Assembly (NCBI GenBank): GCA_964188305.1
Contig: OZ076894.1
Reading direction: 5' to 3' (one strand)
Origin: Podarcis bocagei
Lineage: Eukaryota
Length of the DNA stretch: 64,000 bases
Positions 61,901-64,000 of the stretch are shown piece by piece. The translations under genes were made by a program, and so were the position numbers. Within the stretch, counting starts at the first letter, position 1; every line of letters begins with the position of its first letter. A model generated the notes under the pieces. That model saw only the letters and a list, made by a program, of their open reading frames with translations, had not been told where the DNA came from and made no database searches.

Positions 61901-63315
61901 GAAAGAATCCACAGCTGAATGGGAAACAATATCTACAGAGGTGGAAGAGACTAAACAACAAGAAAAAGAAGAAGCAACCTTGGGAAGTAACAACCAAAAG
62001 CTGACATCTGTGGAACACAAGCAAGGAGACGCTGGGAACCTATCTACCACAAGTCTGCGAAAGACACAGAAGAAGAAGGAGGAGGTCCCGGGGCAATATG
62101 GAATACAGGAACTTAAAAGAAAGAAATATCACTGGGGCCTCCGTTTGGACTCTGACTCTGAAGATACAGGCTTTGTGGAAATTTTTCAGCAGTTATTTTC
62201 AAATCTCCTTGTGGGAAGAGAATACACTTTGATGGTGAAAGAACTTTTTCCAGACTCGAAGACTGACATTAAGGACTACCAACAAGACAGGCGGAGAGGG
62301 ACTGAAATTGACTTGAAAGCCTCGGACGTGAGGAACCCAGGCTGAGAATCTCGAATTTGGACTTCTATTGGGAAGGGACAAAAACCGGGGATGGGAGGGA
62401 GGGAAGAGGAGATTCTTAAAAACTCTTAAGACTTTTAGGTTTGGTTAATATGACTCTTAATTAAGACAAAATGAAAATCGATGGAAGAGAACTTAAGTCC
62501 AACTTAGGAAAATTAATTTTTATTATAAAAGAGGTAATAAGATGAATAAGATGGTTAAGAGGAGAAACACCAACTTGCTGATATAATCTTGGGAACAGGG
62601 ACGCAAGAGGAGGGGGTGGGGGGAAGTCTGGAAACAAGGTTACGAAATGGGGATTTGCTGATTTTATACATGTTTTTGTTTTGTGTCTTTTCTTTGTGTG
62701 TGTTTTGTTTTTATAAAAGCAGAAAACCAAATAAATTTTTTTTTTAAAAAAAAAAAGAAATGGTGCTATATTGGGTGGAGGCACGAAAGTGCAGACTTCC
62801 ATGTATATCTTAACTCCAGCATCAGAGGCACCAATTTTCTGAATGCTGTTTGCTGGAGAATAATGCCCTCATACCCTGCTCTGCAGAGGCATCTGGTTGG
62901 CGGCTACGGGAAAAGAGGATTCTGGACTCAAGATGCCTCTTGGCCTGATTCAGCAGGGCTGTTCTAGCACTGCCCTCTTCTTCTTGCCAAACTTCTCTGA
63001 ATGTTCTGCACTGGATTGTTGATCACTGTTTGTTCACCTGCCTTGCATGAAACATTTTCTAGGGTAGAAAAAAAAATGTTGTGTTTCATCTTGCAGATAC
63101 TAAAGTTAACAGAGCACTTGGACTGCTTCGACACAGAGAAAAATATGTTAACGGGAGGAGACGGGGATGCAGAGGAAATCAAGCTGGAGGAAAATAACCA
63201 GCTTCAGTCAATGAAGGAAAAAATCTTGTCCCTTGAGCAAGAGAAGACTTTGCTAAAGCAACAACTGGAGAGTCTGCAAGAGCAAAAGAACTGGTACCTG
63301 GAAAGCAGTCAGCTG
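34855..63315 (+). CDS. CENPE: Centromere-associated protein E (kinesin-7), exons 1-26 (1115 codons), 3'-incomplete
   Basis: N-terminus [16 protein letters not shown]; P-loop GQTASGKT; switch I SSRSH; switch II DLAGSE; [11 protein letters not shown]; [20 protein letters not shown]; RRVTW motif; CENP-E stalk motifs ([24 protein letters not shown]). All introns GT-AG, phases consistent, no stops in the spliced frame. Confidence 0.93.
35760..36840 (-). mobile_element. CR1 LINE 3' fragment (young, with RT C-terminus) in CENPE intron 1
   Basis: [20 protein letters not shown] and [16 protein letters not shown]; (ATTCTATG) tail; one frameshift near 36610. Confidence 0.92.
38185..39720. repeat. GC-rich minisatellite A: 17 units of 89 bp (one 82 bp)
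   Basis: GCCACCGGGA recurs every 89 bp from 38219 to 39636, with one 7-bp-deleted unit at 38842. Confidence 0.95.
39721..40248. repeat. GC-rich minisatellite B: about 6 units of 90 bp
   Basis: CGCCGCCATCCCGAGCGG at 39721, 39811, 39901, 39991, 40081 and 40171. Confidence 0.95.
40697..40791 (+). CDS. CENPE: CENPE exon 2
   Basis: [31 protein letters not shown]; donor gtaagc. Confidence 0.9.
41046..41135 (+). CDS. CENPE: CENPE exon 3
   Basis: [10 protein letters not shown]...SAVQGYN. Confidence 0.92.
41216..41334 (+). CDS. CENPE: CENPE exon 4 (P-loop)
   Basis: [19 protein letters not shown]. Confidence 0.95.
41996..42118 (+). CDS. CENPE: CENPE exon 5
   Basis: [18 protein letters not shown]...PLVVREDIS. 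Confidence 0.93.
42412..42493 (+). CDS. CENPE: CENPE exon 6
   Basis: [27 protein letters not shown]. Confidence 0.92.
42554..42954. mobile_element. Tigger/pogo-like MITE in CENPE intron 6
   Basis: CAGTGGTACCT...AGGTACCACTG with TA flanks. Confidence 0.8.
42998..43065 (+). CDS. CENPE: CENPE exon 7 (switch I)
   Basis: [22 protein letters not shown]. Confidence 0.95.
43704..43769 (+). CDS. CENPE: CENPE exon 8
   Basis: [22 protein letters not shown]. Confidence 0.92.
44413..44633. mobile_element. Tigger/pogo-like MITE with repeated CGCAAGACGAA motif
   Basis: CAGTGGTACCTCGCAAGACGAA / TTCGTCTTGCGAGGCACCATTG; TA flanks. Confidence 0.8.
45339..45847 (-). mobile_element. Solo LTR (TG...CA) with 5-bp TSD GTTGT and internal 75-bp tandem duplication
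   Basis: Flanks gttgt...gttgt; shares the GATGGCAGTTCCCTGACA end with the 14.4-kb copy. Confidence 0.8.
46085..46136 (+). CDS. CENPE: CENPE exon 9 (switch II)
   Basis: [17 protein letters not shown]. Confidence 0.95.
47167..47254 (+). CDS. CENPE: CENPE exon 10
   Basis: [28 protein letters not shown]. Confidence 0.95.
47543..47672 (+). CDS. CENPE: CENPE exon 11
   Basis: [24 protein letters not shown]...ETLSTLQ. Confidence 0.95.
48348..48467 (+). CDS. CENPE: CENPE exon 12 (helix 6, neck)
   Basis: [40 protein letters not shown]. Confidence 0.94.
49211..49345 (+). CDS. CENPE: CENPE exon 13
   Basis: [14 protein letters not shown]...LTEMLVT...QDFK. Confidence 0.9.
50096..50231 (+). CDS. CENPE: CENPE exon 14 (RRVTW PP1-docking/Aurora motif at 50108-50122)
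   Basis: [12 protein letters not shown]...LSEMEE. Confidence 0.92.
50795..51345 (-). mobile_element. CR1 LINE 3' fragment
   Basis: [20 protein letters not shown]...[15 protein letters not shown]. Confidence 0.85.
51391..51488 (+). CDS. CENPE: CENPE exon 15
   Basis: [10 protein letters not shown]...[12 protein letters not shown]; acceptor tttcag, donor gtaagt. Confidence 0.85.
52176..52232 (+). CDS. CENPE: CENPE exon 16 (57 bp, phase 0-0)
   Basis: [19 protein letters not shown]; strong acceptor ttcttctag and donor gtaagt. Confidence 0.7.
52319..52474 (+). CDS. CENPE: CENPE exon 17
   Basis: [11 protein letters not shown]...[14 protein letters not shown]. Confidence 0.88.
54060..54134 (+). 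CDS. CENPE: CENPE exon 18
   Basis: [25 protein letters not shown]. Confidence 0.92.
54344..54478 (+). CDS. CENPE: CENPE exon 19
   Basis: [20 protein letters not shown]...; donor gtacgt. Confidence 0.85.
54620..54754 (+). CDS. CENPE: CENPE exon 20 (CAGCAG tandem acceptor; start 54620 or 54623)
   Basis: [33 protein letters not shown]. Confidence 0.88.
55410..55587 (+). CDS. CENPE: CENPE exon 21
   Basis: [14 protein letters not shown]...[11 protein letters not shown]...LLEGRVPN. Confidence 0.92.
56848..56999 (+). CDS. CENPE: CENPE exon 22
   Basis: [32 protein letters not shown]. Confidence 0.92.
57756..58064 (+). CDS. CENPE: CENPE exon 23
   Basis: [15 protein letters not shown]...[11 protein letters not shown]...VSQE; donor gtgagt. 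Confidence 0.88.
59538..59849 (+). CDS. CENPE: CENPE exon 24
   Basis: [11 protein letters not shown]...[10 protein letters not shown]...[15 protein letters not shown]; atypical acceptor. Confidence 0.85.
60325..60483 (+). CDS. CENPE: CENPE exon 25
   Basis: [16 protein letters not shown]...EEQKQQ. Confidence 0.88.
60922..62756 (+). mobile_element. Non-autonomous L1-dependent (HAL1-like) retroposon with a single ORF
   Basis: 19-bp TSD GAAATGGTGCTATATTGGG (60903-60921 / 62757-62775); AATAAA at 62730 then A-tail; CpG-rich 5' end; no RT or endonuclease ORF. Confidence 0.8.
61740..62345 (+). CDS. 201-aa ORF inside the retroposon (E/K/Q-rich, coiled-coil-like; possible diverged L1 ORF1p)
   Basis: Uninterrupted ATG-to-TGA ORF in element-sense orientation; no domain firmly recognised. 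Confidence 0.4.
   Translation: MDTMAVEGKLLVEIERMFQLVGTLQEQSLAMNKQLVTMTLGTGNSALCIEDLNEKESTAEWETISTEVEETKQQEKEEATLGSNNQKLTSVEHKQGDAGNLSTTSLRKTQKKKEEVPGQYGIQELKRKKYHWGLRLDSDSEDTGFVEIFQQLFSNLLVGREYTLMVKELFPDSKTDIKDYQQDRRRGTEIDLKASDVRNPG
63097..63315 (+). CDS. CENPE: CENPE exon 26
   Basis: ILKLTEH...[23 protein letters not shown]...SSQL; acceptor ttgcag, donor gtaatt. Confidence 0.82.
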
Positions 63316-64000
63316 GTAATTGTTGTGTATTGCTTGTTGTGGGCATCAGTCTGTCCTGAGAGGCAATGGAGTACGCCTCCAGGGGGGGTGAAGTCAAATC
63401 ACACTGTTAACAGCACAGAAGTGACCTCCCTAGGAGCAAGCCTGGGCAGTGTGTATGGAGCTCCTGGGTTGCCCAGAAGACAAGACTCCCCCCCCCCCAC
63501 TCTTGACCTCACTGATGTAGTCCAAAGAGAAGCAGAGCAATACGTTTAGCACCAACATGGCAGCAGGAGTTGCCAGAAGGAGGCGTGCAAGGCACTATCC
63601 AGCCATCTTAGGGACTCCACTCCAGATTTTTGTAGGGTTTACTCCTTATCCTTTTCTTCTCCCAAAGATATTCCGCAAGGCAGTTGTGTATTACAGGGGT
63701 ACACCTGTATTTGTGTATTACTGGTTGGCATTTTAGTGTCGTGTCAAGCCATAACCCAAGGTTTACTGTGCACAAACAAACTGGAGATTGGAAACAAACC
63801 ACAAACAAACCATGATTGGTACACCATAAACAAACCTTGGTTTATCGTCATGGTTTGTTTCCCCTTACCCCAGCACTAGCAGAGAGGAGCAAAGAAGACA
63901 TAATTTGCTCATCTACAGTAAGTCATGATTACAGTGATGTGCACAGATGGTCAGACACAAGTTGGAGTCTGTCTTTGAGAGAAACTGATAAATTAAGTTA

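Noticed and set aside
34855-63315. CENPE as a pseudogene because of its divergence
   Set aside because: All 26 exons splice in frame with canonical sites, and catalytic motifs are intact.

Overview
Eukaryotic genomic DNA from a squamate reptile, most likely a lacertid lizard, judged from Podarcis-type Sauria SINEs plus Bov-B/RTE, CR1 and L2 fragments. Bases 1-23.6 kb are repeat-rich and I found no coding exons there. Two intact multi-exon genes lie head-to-tail on the + strand. The first is a complete 6-exon radial spoke head gene best matching RSPH6A (CDS 23942-32798, 713 aa) with an RFX X-box promoter. About 2 kb downstream are the first 26 exons (1115 codons) of the kinesin-7 gene CENPE (ATG 34855, runs off the window end), with a CCAAT/CHR-type cell-cycle promoter. 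Three non-genic structures stand out. (1) A Tc2/pogo-like MITE in CENPE intron 1 carries a ~2.1 kb CpG-rich array of hairpin units in two sequence classes; a short single-hairpin copy of the same family lies at 10.5 kb. (2) A 1.8 kb poly(A)-tailed retroelement with a 19-bp TSD, a CpG-rich 5' end, one 201-aa ORF and no reverse transcriptase (HAL1-like) sits in CENPE intron 25. (3) A Penelope-like remnant in RSPH6A intron 4 has a fold-back and a degenerate hammerhead motif. All family and orthology calls come from remembered sequence features, not database searches.
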